Shown here piece after piece: positions 63,650-64,000 of a stretch of DNA of 64,000 bases. Location of the stretch: positions 608,001-672,000 of the forward strand of contig CAVXWP010000007.1 in NCBI GenBank assembly GCA_963765495.1. Reading direction: 5' to 3'. This DNA is from Blastocatellia bacterium. GTDB taxonomy: Bacteria > Acidobacteriota > Blastocatellia > UBA7656. Made by a program: the position numbers and the translations under genes. The notes beneath the pieces were generated by a model. That model ran no database searches. It was not told the DNA's origin and worked only from the letters and a program-made list of their open reading frames with translations. Every line of letters starts with the position of its first letter. Position 1 is the stretch's first letter.

Positions 63650-64000
63650 ATGCCTGATGGAAATGACCAGAGGGAGCGAGTGGCGGCAAAGGCCGCTTCG
63701 TGTGCCTGTGGCAATCTCCGCAAGGCGAGCCGCGCCATCACAAAACTCTATGATGAAGCTTTGCGGCCTTCGGGACTGCGGATCACGCAGTTCGGCATAC
63801 TCGGCACAACCATGATGATGGGGCCTGTAACCGTTACCCGCCTTGCCGAAGAAACCGTAACCGACCGCACTACATTGACGCGAAACCTCAAACTGCTCAC
63901 CGATAAAGGGCTGATCCGCATGGAAACAGGCGAAGATCAGCGAGAACGCGAAGTGACACTTACAGAACAGGGGCGCAAGGCGCTGGCCGATGCCTATCCG
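63650..64000 (+). CDS. MarR family regulator, 3' truncated by the window edge (absent from the ORF track)
   Basis: Hand translation: MPDGNDQRERVAAKAASCACGNLRKASRAITKLYDEALRPSGLRITQFGIL...DRTTLTRNLKLL...DQREREVTLTEQGR. Confidence 0.88.
   Translation, partial: MPDGNDQRERVAAKAASCACGNLRKASRAITKLYDEALRPSGLRITQFGILGTTMMMGPVTVTRLAEETVTDRTTLTRNLKLLTDKGLIRMETGEDQREREVTLTEQGRKALADAYP

Overview
About 64 kb of bacterial chromosome, probably Acidobacteriota (Blastocatellia-like). This is inferred from two ADOP-type duplicated permeases with an acidobacterial PadR and is not proven. The left third is an accessory region anchored on tRNA-Gln(CTG) at 4030-4103. A ~7 kb islet with no integrase (AraC, SDR, IorAB-type molybdoenzyme, gene remnants, aldo-keto reductase) ends in a degenerate copy of the tRNA 3' part at 11146-11205. 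Directly after it lies the top candidate for an undescribed system, a four-gene operon at 11340-17217: an unknown 304-aa protein, TWO tandem BrxD/DUF2791-type P-loop ATPases (the second with an N-terminal Tudor-like module), and an Lhr/BrxHI-type SF2 helicase. It resembles the BREX brxD-brxHI module and Shango but has no PglX, PglZ or TerB. The rest is metabolic and regulatory: a second AraC-AKR module, ECF41+CMD, GH32 with a sugar ABC transporter, two GMC oxidoreductase pairs, a second molybdoenzyme, a WYL regulator, a GAF-PAS-GGDEF-EAL-PilZ protein, ADOP permeases, an RRM/DEAD-box/infA cluster (infA probably starting at ATT), a diiron protein, OsmC, MerR and MarR. Several palindromic intergenic repeat families and short tandem duplications are also present. 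All calls come from reading motifs by eye; no database searches were run.
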